Assembly: GCA_023231475.1 (NCBI GenBank)
Contig: JALJEE010001086.1
Coordinates: forward strand, 1 to 41,902
Length of the DNA stretch: 41,902 nt
Reading direction: 5' to 3'
DNA from: Seison nebaliae
Lineage: Eukaryota
The notes below the pieces were generated by a model. It worked only from the letters and a program-made list of their open reading frames with translations. It was not told where the DNA came from and ran no database searches. Of this stretch, positions 11,837 through 23,662 are shown piece after piece. Position 1 is the stretch's first letter; each line of letters begins with the position of its first letter. A program made the position numbers and the translations under genes.

Positions 11837-14800
11837 ATGTCACATGTACCGTTCGATTCGCAACGTCTAACCGAATTAGCTCATCGCGAATATCAATTGG
11901 GTCATTATGATAAAGCGGAGCAATACTGCACGAGATTATGGGCAAATGACAAGAAGAACACGAACGTTCTCTTACTCATGTCGTCCATTCATTTCCAATG
12001 TGGAAGATTGGATCAGTTTTGAATTTTTCTCATTTTTATTAAAAATTCATAAATTGTTTTCAGATCTGAACGTTTCTGTCAAATTGCTATTTCAGAAAAT
12101 CCAGGATTAGCGGAAGCGTATTCGAATCTCGGTAATGTATTAAGGGAGAAAGGAAGATTATCTGAAGCGTTAGATAAATATCGACGAGCAGTCCATTTGA
12201 AACGTGATTTCATCGACGGTTATATTAATTTGGCGTCAGCACTCGTTCAAGCACAAGATATCGATGGAGCCATTCGTGCTTATCTCAATGCACTTCATTA
12301 TAATCCAGTTAATAATTTCCTTCTCTCAATTCCATCATCTCAATTTTCCATCGATAATAGGAATTGTTCTGTGTGAGAAATGATTTAGGTAATTTGCTGA
12401 AGAACATTGGCCAATTGGAAGAAGCTAAGGTTACTTTAACATCAAAATCTGCTCATTTATTTTTTAATATAAACAAATCATTTCTATTATTCATTTCGCA
12501 TCTAATTATTACTAATTTATCCGCTAATAATTATTGGAAAATAATCTCTAATTATTCATCATCATTTATTCTAAAACCAACTGAAAACTTGTTAATTGTG
12601 GAAAAAAAAAGAAAAAAATGCGTAATTACGAATTATTATTATGATGATTATTATTATTATTATTATCTATAAATTGTTTGTGTTGAATTGTGGATGTTCG
12701 ATTTCATTTCTCATCCATTCGTTCTTTTTCTCCGTTATGGACGATATGATTTGAAATCATTTTAAAAAAATTTATTTAAATTTTTATTCTTTTCAACTTG
12801 GTTTACTTTCATCTCATTTTCTTTTCAAAGAAAAATTCCATTTTAATTTCAAATTGAGGGAAAAGAAACTATAAAAATAAATTTAAGTAAGATCTAAATG
12901 AAGTTAATTGCAAATAAAACTAATTGTGTGTTTCGTCTTTCTTTTCATTTATTTACCACAGTGTTAGAGGTTTGAGATGACAATAAACAAAATATTGATG
13001 GAATATGGTTATTCATCCGAATTATAATAATTACTCATATCAGTGGTCGTCATCTCTATAAGTATTTGTTTAGTAATCACTTATTTCTTCTTTTTCTTCT
13101 TTCTTCTTTATTCAATAGCAAATGAGAAATTTTTTATTTTTTAGTTCTCTCTAAGATTTGTGTCTTTTCATTAAGAATTACTTTCCTCATTAGGAGTCGT
13201 GTCAGCGATGTAAGATGAATGTTGTTCGTTGAGATGTGAATATCAATTGGGAAATTAATTAGAATTTTAGTTGTTGTAGAATTTGCACGCGCAACTCTCC
13301 TGGTGAACCGATTTCGGGCGTAAGAGATCTTCATTTTTTATTTTAAATTATCATTATCCATCATCATCATCATCATATCTTTTTTTTTTTGATAAATTTG
13401 AGAAAAACTCTTCGATAATTTTCTTCGATTTTTCTATGCTGTTTTTCCCGAATGATTTTGATAAAAATTCTTCAAACTTTATCAAAATGTCTTTCGGGAT
13501 GACGATTTCAGTTAATGCGTAAGAATTTTTTCTGGATTTTTTTTCTTCCGTTCTAACCGAGGAAAGCGATCAGTTATGTTTTGATTTTTGAGAAAAAAAA
13601 AACATTTTCCTACCCGTTTCCGCTAACGTAGAGATGTGTCAATTTTAATACTCAAAATTCCAACAGGCATGTTATTTGAAAGCAATTGAAACGAATCCAA
13701 CATTCGCAGTCGCTTGGAGTAATCTCGGATGTGTCTTCAACTGTCAAGGAGAAGTTTGGTTGGCAATTCATCATTTCGAAAAAGTTCAAATTTTTTCTTC
13801 TGTCAATTATCATTTAAAAATTATTTAAATTTAATTTTCTTCAGGCAGTTCATTTGGATTCGACATTTTTCGATGCTTATGTCAATTTGGCGAATGTTTT
13901 GAAGGAAGCGAAAATTTATGATCGTGCCGTCACCAATTATTTGAGAGCACTTCAATTAGCTCCAACGAATGCAATAATTCATGCCAATTTAGCCTGTGTC
14001 TATTATGAACAGCAATTATTGGATTTGGCTGTGGAGACGTATCGAAGAGCGATAGAAATTCAACCGAATTTCCCCGACGCTTATTGTAATTTGGCGAATG
14101 CGTTGAAAGGATTGGGAAAGGTACAGGAAGCGGAAGAATGTTATAATAAGGCGTTAGAATTGAAACCGGAACATGCAGATTCGTTGAACAATTTAGCGAA
14201 TATTAAACGGGAACAAGGACAAATTGATGAATCGATGCGATTATATTGGAAGGCGTTGGAAGTCTATCCAGATTTTGCTGCGGCTCATTCGAATTTGGCA
14301 AGTGTACTCCAAACACAGGGACGATTACAAGAAGCGATTAAACATTATCGTGATGCAATTCGTATTCAACCTACATTCGCTGATGCTTTTTCAAATATGG
14401 GAAATGCATTGAAAGAAATGGGAGAAGTTCATGGAGCGATGAATTGTTATCTTCGAGCAATTCATTTAAATCCAGCATTTGCTGATGCTCATTCGAATTT
14501 GGCATCGATTCATAAAGATTCTGGAAATGTGACAGAAGCTATTCAATCATATCGTACAGCTCTGAGATTGAGAACGGATTTTCCTGACGCTTATTGTAAT
14601 TTAGTTCATTGTCAACAAATCATTTGTGATTGGACAGATTATGATGCTCGAATGAATAAAATCGTTACGACGGTACAAGATCAATTGGATAAAGGAAGAA
14701 TTCCATCAGTTCATCCACATCATTCGATGCTCTATCCATTGACTCATACACAACGACGATTGTTAAGTGGAAAGCATGCACAATTGTGTACGGAACGAGT

Positions 14801-16913
14801 GATGATGTTGAAACATCAGACATTCTCATACGAGAAAGCTCTGGAATTTTCTCCGAAGAAAAATTTCCGTTTGAAAATCGGTTTGGTGAGTTCTGATTTC
14901 TGTAATCATCCAACATCTCATCTCATGCAAAGTATTCCGGGAATGTTCGATCGACGATATTTCGAAGTATTCTGTTATGGTTTATCAGCTCATGACGGGA
15001 CGACATTTCGAGCAAAAATCGAAAAAGAAGTAGAAAATTATGTGGATCTAAATCAAATCAGTTGTAATGGGAAAGCGGTGAATCGAATACATGAGGATGG
15101 TATACATGTTCTCTTGAATATGAATGGATATACAAAAGGTGCAAGAAACGAAATATTTGCATTGAAACCTGCACCAATTCAAATTATGTGGTTAGGTTAT
15201 CCTGGTACTTCTGGTGCGTCATATATGGATTATATTATTCTTGATCGAACAACTGCTCCATTAGAATATGTGAAACAATATTCAGAGAAATTAGCATATA
15301 TGCCACACACATTCTTCATTGGAGATCATGCACAAATGTTTCATCATTTACGAAATAAATTATCATTATCACGACCAGAAGATGTGGAGCAAGCACAACA
15401 TTCACCCGAATCATATATTCGAGATAATGTGGCAGTTTATAATCATCCAGATTTCGATGAATTAATTCCAAAAGTGAAATCTGCAATAAAAATCGAACAA
15501 GAAACCGTTTCATGGAATGGAGAGAATGTGAAAGTTCCATTCTATTTCTTACCATTAACACCATTAGATACGATTCATGGACAATTACAAGTCATTCAAG
15601 AAACAGCCGTCCAACAACAACAACAAACAATGGCACAATTAAATGCACAAGTTCAACAACAGACTAGTAATCCACAATTACAACAACAACTTATCCAACA
15701 ACAACAACAATGTCAACCGATGACGATGCATCAAATAATTTTAGATGCCGATTTACCTGGTGTTCATAATGGAACAACAATTATGCATACATCACCGAAA
15801 CATGCGACTGGTGAAATTACACCAAATTTTGGAATTATTACGACGAGGAAACAATATGAATTACCAGAGAATGCTATCGTTTTTGCGAATTTTAATCAAT
15901 TGTATAAACTCGATCCGCCAACAATGAAATTATGGTGTCGAATCATTCTCGATGTTCCCAATTCTGTACTTTGGCTCTTGAAATTTCCACCAGCTGGTGA
16001 ACCAAATCTCATACAATTCGCTCAGAAAATGGGAGTGGAATTAAATCGAATAATCTTTTCCAATGTCGCATCAAAAGAAGAACATGTTCGACGTGGACAA
16101 TTAGCAGATGTTTGTCTCGATTCACCATTATGCAATGGACATACGACGAGTATGGATATGTTATGGGCTGGAACTCCCGTCATCACTTTACCGTTAGAGA
16201 CGTTGGCAAGTCGAGTAGCTGCGTCGCAATTAATGGCATTAGGTTGTCCCGAATTGATTGCGAAAGATGAAGATGATTTTGTGAGAATTGCTGCTAAATT
16301 AGGAACAGATTTGAATTATTTACAAAAAACGAGAGCCAAAGTTTGGCATGCTCGAATTCATTCTCCTTTATTCGATTGTAGTTTATATACGAGAGATTTG
16401 GAACAATTGGCGAAACGTGCATGGGACACATATGAAGTTGATACGACAAAAGAGAATATGATTCATATAACTGATATTGAATCGTTGAGTAAGGAAGAGT
16501 GTGAGGAAGCGAAAAATGGAAGTATTGTCGGTGGGAAATCATTAAAACAATTAGCGGATGAAGCACAACAAGCAGCAGCTGAATTTAAAATGAAGAAAGA
16601 TCAACAAGATCAAACACAATTAACACAATTCGATAATATTTCGAAAAGTCTCAAAATTATCAATTCATTTCAACAATCGCCTAAACAAGAACAACAACAA
16701 CAATATGAGATGCCTCTCGCCCCAATTAATGGTACGAACGATGGTTCTAACATGATGAAACATGATCAACAAAATCTCCCTCAACAACAACAGCAACAAC
16801 AACAACAACAACATTTAAATGGTAATGGACCATCGAATAATAATAATAATAATGCAAATAATGGATTAAGAGAAATCAAACAAGAATTGGAAATGTTAAA
16901 TGGAAAAGTTTAA
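11837..16913 (+). CDS. OGT: O-GlcNAc transferase (TPR repeats plus GT41 catalytic domain)
   Basis: Exons 11837-12015, 12064-12307, 12361-12429, 13667-13783 and 13845-16913. TPRs ([18 protein letters not shown]), [26 protein letters not shown] and CNGHTT motifs. Confidence 0.98.
12430..13666 (+). promoter_or_regulatory. Unusually long OGT intron (1237 nt), candidate detained intron with decoy/poison micro-exons
   Basis: Lies between ...LEEAK and ACYLKAI..., flanked by 69-nt and 117-nt exons. Contains AG-flanked segments ending in GTAAGA and a hairpin at 13446-13499. The intron is well supported; the regulatory role is inferred. Confidence 0.6.
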
Positions 16914-17428
16914 AATTAAAGATGAAATTTCTCAAATGTTTATCTGAAGAATAGAGAGAGACGTGTGAAGAGAGGGAAAGTTTAGATTCGATATTTCATT
17001 TAAGACTTTTTTCTTCTAATCTTTTATCTAACATTTCGAATGAACATTTTTGATTCAACATTTATCTTATTTTCTCTTTTCTATTTATATCTTTATTCTG
17101 ATTGACATATAATTTCTCTTCAATTTGATCTTGGCGTAAAATTGTTGGGAGATTTTAGTACTTTCCTCCAATCCTTCTCCTCATACATATATCATTTCTT
17201 TTTAATCTTTAATGAATTCGCTGAATTTTTTCTCAGAATTCCTTCAACATTAAATTTAGAATTTTATTCTTTCTATTTTACCGCTTCTCTCACTTTTTTT
17301 TGGAAGGAAATATTTTCTTCAAAATTGATTTTCAATTTATAAATAAGAAAAACGAACGAAAAATCTTAAAAATTTTTTGGATTATTATCGAAATTAAAGG
17401 AAATTTATAAAAATATTTCTTCTCGCTT

Positions 17429-20400
17429 TCAACATCGACTGATGTTGCTTGGTGAGAACATGTTCTGTTTCTTCTGTACAACGACAATCGATTCGTCTGT
17501 GGTGGATAAAGAATTTTGTAGATCATCTGACAATCCCGACGTCGATGACGACGATGATGATGATGTGTTGGATGAATTATTTCTATAATCATTCATCTGG
17601 ATATGTTGTGGATAATTTTGTTGGTTGTTATTTTGAGTGGAAGTTGGATGGAATGGTAATTGATTAATGATATTTCCAGGAATTGAATTCATTTGAATAA
17701 TTTGTTGATGAGTGTGAATGTTTGATGTTGGAAAGCGTTGGATGAAATTACCATTCATTAATTTATGATTTTGAGATTGATTATGTGGGAAATTATATTG
17801 GAGTGGCATAAGAGATGGATGTGGAATAATCGTCGGACGATGAAGATGTTGTGGCATTGACAAATGAATAGATGGATTATCTTCTGTATAATAATTCGAT
17901 TCCATACAATTACTGATGGTGCCACTCTGTAATTGACTTTCGATTTTTTTTGTTTTTTTCCCATTTCTCTTCTTCGGTTTCTGTGGAATATCTTTTAAAA
18001 TTTTTGATGGTATTTCATCATTCGATTTTCCTCTTTGCTTCTTAGCTGATTGAGATAAAGATGAAGTTGAAGTTTGGAGAAGATATGGACGTGCATCAAC
18101 ATCATAACTTGTTCTTTCAGAAACATCAGTTTCGGTGGAGACCATACGATTACTATTGAATCGTCGACGGAATTTCTGTTTGAGGAAACGAGACGATTTT
18201 CTTTCTAATTCTCCTGGAAATGTTCTCAGAAAGTTATATGTTCCATGAGATCGTCGTCGTAGATGACTATATCCGAGAACGATTAAGAAAATAATCATTA
18301 ATGTGGAGAATGCCGTCGCTCCAGCAATATAGATACCTAGCCATGCCGAATCAGTCATTCGAATTCGATCGTCGGCGAGAAAATCGAATAAATTTCTTGA
18401 ATTTGGTGAAATTTCTGTTGTTGTTGTTTTTGTTGTGGTGTTGAAATTGAAAAAATTATTGTTCATTTCCGAAGATTTATTGAGTGTGGTGATTGACGGT
18501 TTAATGGGCCAATTATCAGGTTCGTTTTTCACATTGTGAAAAATGGGTAATTTATCATCAGTTTCAATGGGAAAGTCATATGTTGTTGTGGTTGTAGATT
18601 GATGAGGAAATGTTTCATCAACAAATTTTCCTTTCTCTTTAAACTTTTCCTTAAATTTATTATAATCATTCAAATTCACTTCATATTCTGCTGTTGTACT
18701 AGCAAATCCATTTACACGTTTAGACGATGAATATTCATTAAATCGATGAGAATTGAATTGAGAGATTGTTGAACGTTTTCCCTCTATGTTTTCACGTTGA
18801 ATTGCGTAAGAGAAAGGGAAAGTGAAAACTGAGAGATTTGTGGGATTTCTAGTAAACTGAAATTGTCGACGAGGAGTAGGGGAAATGTTGTTTGGTTTAT
18901 GTAAATTAGCTTCATAAAAATTTGGTAATAAATTCTCTTCGGGTTCTCGTATAGGTGAGTTTGTTAGAAATTTACCATAATTATCATATTGATCGTAAAG
19001 TGTGGTGGTGTCAGGAAAATCATTGAATAATAGAAGATTGTTAATTGTTGTGTTTTGTCGATGTTCCTGTGTAGTTGAATTAGAAAAATTGTCATGATGA
19101 TGTCGAGAACAATTGAGACATTCAATTATGGGAAATTGGGAAATTGGGGTGAATGTGATTGAGTCTTTCTTTTTCGAAGTTGAACTAACATCAAGTGAAG
19201 ATGTGGATACTTCCTTAAACTGAGGCTTTTGTGTCATCATTATCGAAGTAGTAATATTAAGAAACGGTGTAATTGGTTCGGTGTAATTGAAAAGATCGTT
19301 ATAATAGCTGGATGATGAGACAATCAGTTTTTTCTGCTTCGGAATTTTAGTGGGAACTTTATGATTATTCCCTTTTCCCATTGCCTTATATTTCGTTAAA
19401 CTTTCTTCAGTAACATTTCTTAAATGAGACTCTCGATCACTTACAGTTGCTTTCTTTAACGATTCGTATGTTTGATAATTTATTAAATTTGACGATTCAG
19501 TTGACGAATGATTTGGAATAAGAGAAGATTTATCAGTTTTCATTTTTTTCATGGGAAAGATGGTGCTGTGAAATAAAGTTAATTTTTTAGTCTTATCAAT
19601 AACGTTTGGGGAATGTATTTCCGTTATATCTGGTACTTCATTCTCATAGAAAGCAACTTCTCGATTGGTCGGTAAGATGATATTTTCTTTATCGAACTTA
19701 TGGTTCGAACTATTAAGTGGAACTAATGATGATGAAAGTTGATCATTATTAGAAATTGCTTCATTATTTATCGTTTCCGTTGGAAGTGTTTCAATTTTTT
19801 CAGAATAAGATATATGTTTGTCTGATGATCTAGATGATGTTTCGGGTATTCTTGAGAACAATTTTGTAGGATGTTGCGATATTGATGAATTTGTTATAGC
19901 ACTTTCGCCACTTTCTGGAAACGTTGTCATTGTTGATAAGATTAATGGAATTGTTGTAGGAGACATCGATATTCGTTTCGTTGAATTTATTTTTTTCGTC
20001 GTTGAACTCGAAAATGTGGATGGTATTCCTTCCGATAATGTGGAAGATGATATCACTGAAGATGTTGATGATAATGTGGTTGTTGATGTGGTTGTTGAAT
20101 TTGATGATATTGTGGTTGTTAATGTGGTTGTTAATGTGGTTGTTGATGTTGATTTGGAAGATGATGATTTGGAAGATGATGATGATGATGATGATGATGA
20201 TGATAAAAATGATGATGATAAAGATGGTGAGGATGAGACTGAAGTCGATTCTGTGGGAAGTTTGAATATAGCTGGATTGTTGATGTTTTTTGAAATGATT
20301 ATTTGTGGTTCAGTTAAATTGGTGATATCTGTCAATTCTTTTACATTCTTTTCACCAATACTTTCTGCTAATGAACTATTTTTTTTGGTTGAATTATTCT

Positions 20401-20581
20401 CACGTTCTGGAGTTGGCAGTGGAATTGATGTTCTGGAATAGATAATCTCTTGTCTATTCATGACAGTATTGATAGCCTCCACGGTAGCAACCATGGTAAC
20501 ATTACTTATTCGACTTTTTACCAAAATGAAGTGAATATAAAAGATGATTAGTTGAAGATGCCATTTATGAAGCATATTCAT
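17429..20581 (-). CDS. Large single-exon type I membrane mucin-like protein (Ser/Thr-rich ectodomain, TM, about 280-aa low-complexity cytoplasmic tail)
   Basis: First ATG at 20581 (the ORF track starts at a TTG). Hydrophobic leader WHLQLIIFYIHFILVKS, many NxS/T sites, TM WLGIYIAGATAFSTLMIIFLIVLGY followed by RRRSHGTY. Confidence 0.8.
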   Translation of the reverse strand: MNMLHKWHLQLIIFYIHFILVKSRISNVTMVATVEAINTVMNRQEIIYSRTSIPLPTPERENNSTKKNSSLAESIGEKNVKELTDITNLTEPQIIISKNINNPAIFKLPTESTSVSSSPSLSSSFLSSSSSSSSSSSKSSSSKSTSTTTLTTTLTTTISSNSTTTSTTTLSSTSSVISSSTLSEGIPSTFSSSTTKKINSTKRISMSPTTIPLILSTMTTFPESGESAITNSSISQHPTKLFSRIPETSSRSSDKHISYSEKIETLPTETINNEAISNNDQLSSSLVPLNSSNHKFDKENIILPTNREVAFYENEVPDITEIHSPNVIDKTKKLTLFHSTIFPMKKMKTDKSSLIPNHSSTESSNLINYQTYESLKKATVSDRESHLRNVTEESLTKYKAMGKGNNHKVPTKIPKQKKLIVSSSSYYNDLFNYTEPITPFLNITTSIMMTQKPQFKEVSTSSLDVSSTSKKKDSITFTPISQFPIIECLNCSRHHHDNFSNSTTQEHRQNTTINNLLLFNDFPDTTTLYDQYDNYGKFLTNSPIREPEENLLPNFYEANLHKPNNISPTPRRQFQFTRNPTNLSVFTFPFSYAIQRENIEGKRSTISQFNSHRFNEYSSSKRVNGFASTTAEYEVNLNDYNKFKEKFKEKGKFVDETFPHQSTTTTTYDFPIETDDKLPIFHNVKNEPDNWPIKPSITTLNKSSEMNNNFFNFNTTTKTTTTEISPNSRNLFDFLADDRIRMTDSAWLGIYIAGATAFSTLMIIFLIVLGYSHLRRRSHGTYNFLRTFPGELERKSSRFLKQKFRRRFNSNRMVSTETDVSERTSYDVDARPYLLQTSTSSLSQSAKKQRGKSNDEIPSKILKDIPQKPKKRNGKKTKKIESQLQSGTISNCMESNYYTEDNPSIHLSMPQHLHRPTIIPHPSLMPLQYNFPHNQSQNHKLMNGNFIQRFPTSNIHTHQQIIQMNSIPGNIINQLPFHPTSTQNNNQQNYPQHIQMNDYRNNSSNTSSSSSSSTSGLSDDLQNSLSTTDESIVVVQKKQNMFSPSNISRC

Positions 20582-21162
20582 ATATTCTTCTAAAAATTTT
20601 TTTGAGATTCCAAACAAGTAATTTAGTATAAGTGAGAAAAAACAGTATATATATTTTTTACATCAAAGTGGAAGAATTAATTAATTCTCGTTTTGAAACG
20701 GCGAAAAAAGTATTGACGCGTAACAAATGACTCTGGTTTTTCTATCAGACAGAAACGTTGAGAATGATATTCATTTCGGTTATGTCTATAGCGATTAGTT
20801 ACGATCAACTAGCAGATAATTGTCAAAATAATTTGAGAGTAGATGCGAATTAGGAGGGTGGTCGATGATTCTTTATTTTTTTGAAATTTGAATCAAATTA
20901 TTCTTTTCACTGACTTGACGTGGACTCACGAAAAAAGAGAAACGTTAAATGATTCAGCTGAGTGAAGGGCATCTTAACTATCCTCACTCAATACCAACAG
21001 CAACAACAACAAGAACGACAAGAAGATAATAAACAATAACCGCAATAACCAATAAACCGGAACGACCAACAACAGATACATGACATATATTTAGAAAGAT
21101 ATGATCTATTCAAAAATTTATAAAATTGGATGATGGTCAATAAAAGGAAAATGAAGAGAAAG

Positions 21163-21657
21163 TTAATAATTTGTAAAATGAATGAGGAGGATGTTGAGGA
21201 ATAAATAAACGACAAATGAATTTGAAGGTGTCACTATTCCCCCTCGATTGCATCCATGAGTTGAGCAGAAGCAATAGTAATCGCGTCGTGTTCCATCGTT
21301 GAACTCCGCACATGACCAGTCAAGTGAACGAAATGGTATTGTTATCAATGTCGAGCAACTTCGTATTATTGTGTATTTGGTGGATAAGTTGTTTAATTGT
21401 GCAACTTTCTTCACACATTGCCCACTGCATGGTCGTAATAATGTTGAGGTAATATTGAATGGATCGTCACATGTCTTGTCTAGTAGACTGTTGCAAACAT
21501 AACATTGAAGATCGTTATCATTATTCAATTTGTACATTTCCTGAATATAACATTCTGCAGGTAATTATTATTTGATTGGGAAAATTCCAAAAAAAAATTA
21601 ACTGTTCAATGGAATATTTATTAAAATTATAACAAATAAGAAATGTGGAAAATCCAT
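21163..21657 (-). CDS. Ly6/uPAR three-finger protein of the Quiver/Sleepless type, probably GPI-anchored
   Basis: Signal-peptide exon 21657-21603, intron 21602-21555. LQCYVCNS..CDDPF..C..CVK..RSC..C..CFCSTHGCN plus a hydrophobic C-terminus. Confidence 0.88.
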
Positions 21658-23453
21658 TATTTATTTTTTTAAATAATCCATTATTGATGGTAACTAGTTG
21701 AGATGAAAATTATTGTGAAATAAACTGTAAAAAAAGAAGAGTTTTTTTGATCGATATTCCAATAATTAGAATTAATAATTTAGAGAAATCTAATTAAAAA
21801 TAAAGAATCCAAGAAAATAGTTAATCAATTTTTTTAGGTTAATCGTTCCAATGAATTAGATTGAACGAGACATAGAATACATATCACAATATGGATTAGA
21901 TTTCTTAAGCAAAGAATATTTTTACTTCAACTTATAATTCTATTCACGTCTTTTCTTCTCATTTCCCCATTTTTATCGTTTATTTGTCTAACAGACTCCA
22001 ATTTACAATTTTGAATCATCTGTTGATCGGATCTCGTCGACAGATAAGTGTTTCAATTATTCTTTCAATCTGACTCATTTATCAATTACTAAAGGTGAGA
22101 CCGTATCTGGTTCGAATTAGGGCATGTAAAATGATTTACTCTTTCAATTGTTTCGGGATATTGTTGGACAATGTAAAATTCTAACTTCTTTCAATTAAAG
22201 AAAACCGATAACTGGTTGGAGGGAAATATATCTCGATTTTAGATGATAAATGAAACGATTGAATTGAATAAATGAGAGACATATGATTTCTCATCGAACA
22301 GATAGAACTCGACACGTCTCACATAAATGTGAGTATGTGTATCGATGTAGAGTGTATGAGAACATTAAAATGAAAAATTGTTGAGAATGAATTGTTGATG
22401 ATAATTTCGTCTTTTATTTCTTTTGAACTCCCATTTCTACATATAATAATAATCGTGTTGAGATATATCAATATAAAATGTGTCAATTGTCGTTATCATT
22501 ACGATTATACATTAATTATTTTTCTAATATTTTATGGGGACGTATGTGGTACGGAAAGTTTATTTTATTTGAATCATCACTCTAATATGAAAGATGGAAA
22601 TGAATTCGATTCATAGAGAATATCGAAGAAGAAAACTAAAGTCTTTTCTTCTGTTTTATTGAATTGAATGAACGACTCACCGCCAACTTTAATAACGTCT
22701 CTTTCTTCCCATTCTTTTCATTCTCTAAAGTTCTTCTTCTCGCGTTCTCAATCAAATTACTCGAATAACATTTTCTCCACCTTCAACAATTACATTCCGC
22801 TATTCATCATTTCTTATGGAATAATGGAGAAAATGAAAGGAAGAAAACCGTGACAATAATTGCACGTACAATGTACATCTCATTTGGAGAGAATGACTGA
22901 CAGGTTTATAATTCGGATCGTTGCCATGGTTACTTGTTAATGAAAGACAACAACTAGCTTACTTATGGGCTTAGGCAATTTATTTAAACGATTTCGACCT
23001 TTTTTCCTATTCTTCCTTCTAAATATTTCCTCCTACAATCTTCTTAATCACATCTGCAACACAGAAATATAACACTTTCTACTTCAATTCTCCATTCCTC
23101 CAGTCGATTCATTTCATAGGGAAAGTTATTTATATTGTTACTTTTATGGCTATGCTTATTGCAATAATATCTTCAGTCTGTACCACAATTGCTACTCTAC
23201 TACAAAATGTCGATGTATGTCTACCATGACTATGTTGATTTCACTTCCTCATTTCTCCATTTTCCTATTCAATTTTTCTTCATTAGTCATTCTACTCTTG
23301 ATGATCATGTTGTTTGAGAAGTAGTCGTTCTCTTGACTCCATCATATAAGAGACTACCGCTTAACAACCACTAAATAAGCGTGAATTTTATTCGAATTTC
23401 TAGCAGAATTTGCGATGATAAACAAGGAGCAATTTGATTTATTACTGACAAAT

Positions 23454-23456
<3 letters not shown>

Positions 23457-23484
<28 letters not shown>
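23457..23484 (+). repeat. (CA)14 microsatellite
   Basis: Perfect dinucleotide run read directly. Confidence 0.95.
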
Positions 23485-23485
<1 letters not shown>

Positions 23486-23662
23486 CTAGCACCAAAACTA
23501 TAATTTGACAATTCTTTATAAAAAACTAATGATTAATATAAGTTTATATAACTACCAATTCTATTTATACAGTCTGGAACCGATTATTGTCTCTAGAATG
23601 AATATGGTAAAATATGGTTCATCCTCAAATATATCACATTATCATGATAATTATATAATACT

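Noticed and set aside
12364..12672. ORF reading from OGT exon 3 into the long intron and ending in a Tyr run
   Set aside because: Read-through into a (TAT)n intronic microsatellite; not a separate gene.
14224..16566. Small ORFs nested in or antisense to OGT
   Set aside because: Frame shadows of a long conserved CDS with no motifs of their own.
19818..20441. Asp/Val-rich 207-aa and Met-rich 94-aa + strand ORFs
   Set aside because: Antisense read-out of the TCA/ACA (Ser/Thr) tracts of the mucin gene; they start at TTG and have no independent signal.
22018..22335. Short inverted repeats upstream of the Quiver-like gene (22018-22045 and 22318-22333)
   Set aside because: Stems of 6-9 bp are expected by chance in AT-rich DNA and have no supporting context.
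23100..23320. Short Cys-rich frame (YCYFYGYAYCNNIFSLYHNCYSTTKCRC) and an overlapping hydrophobic frame
   Set aside because: No start codon or upstream exon could be linked; not distinguishable from chance.
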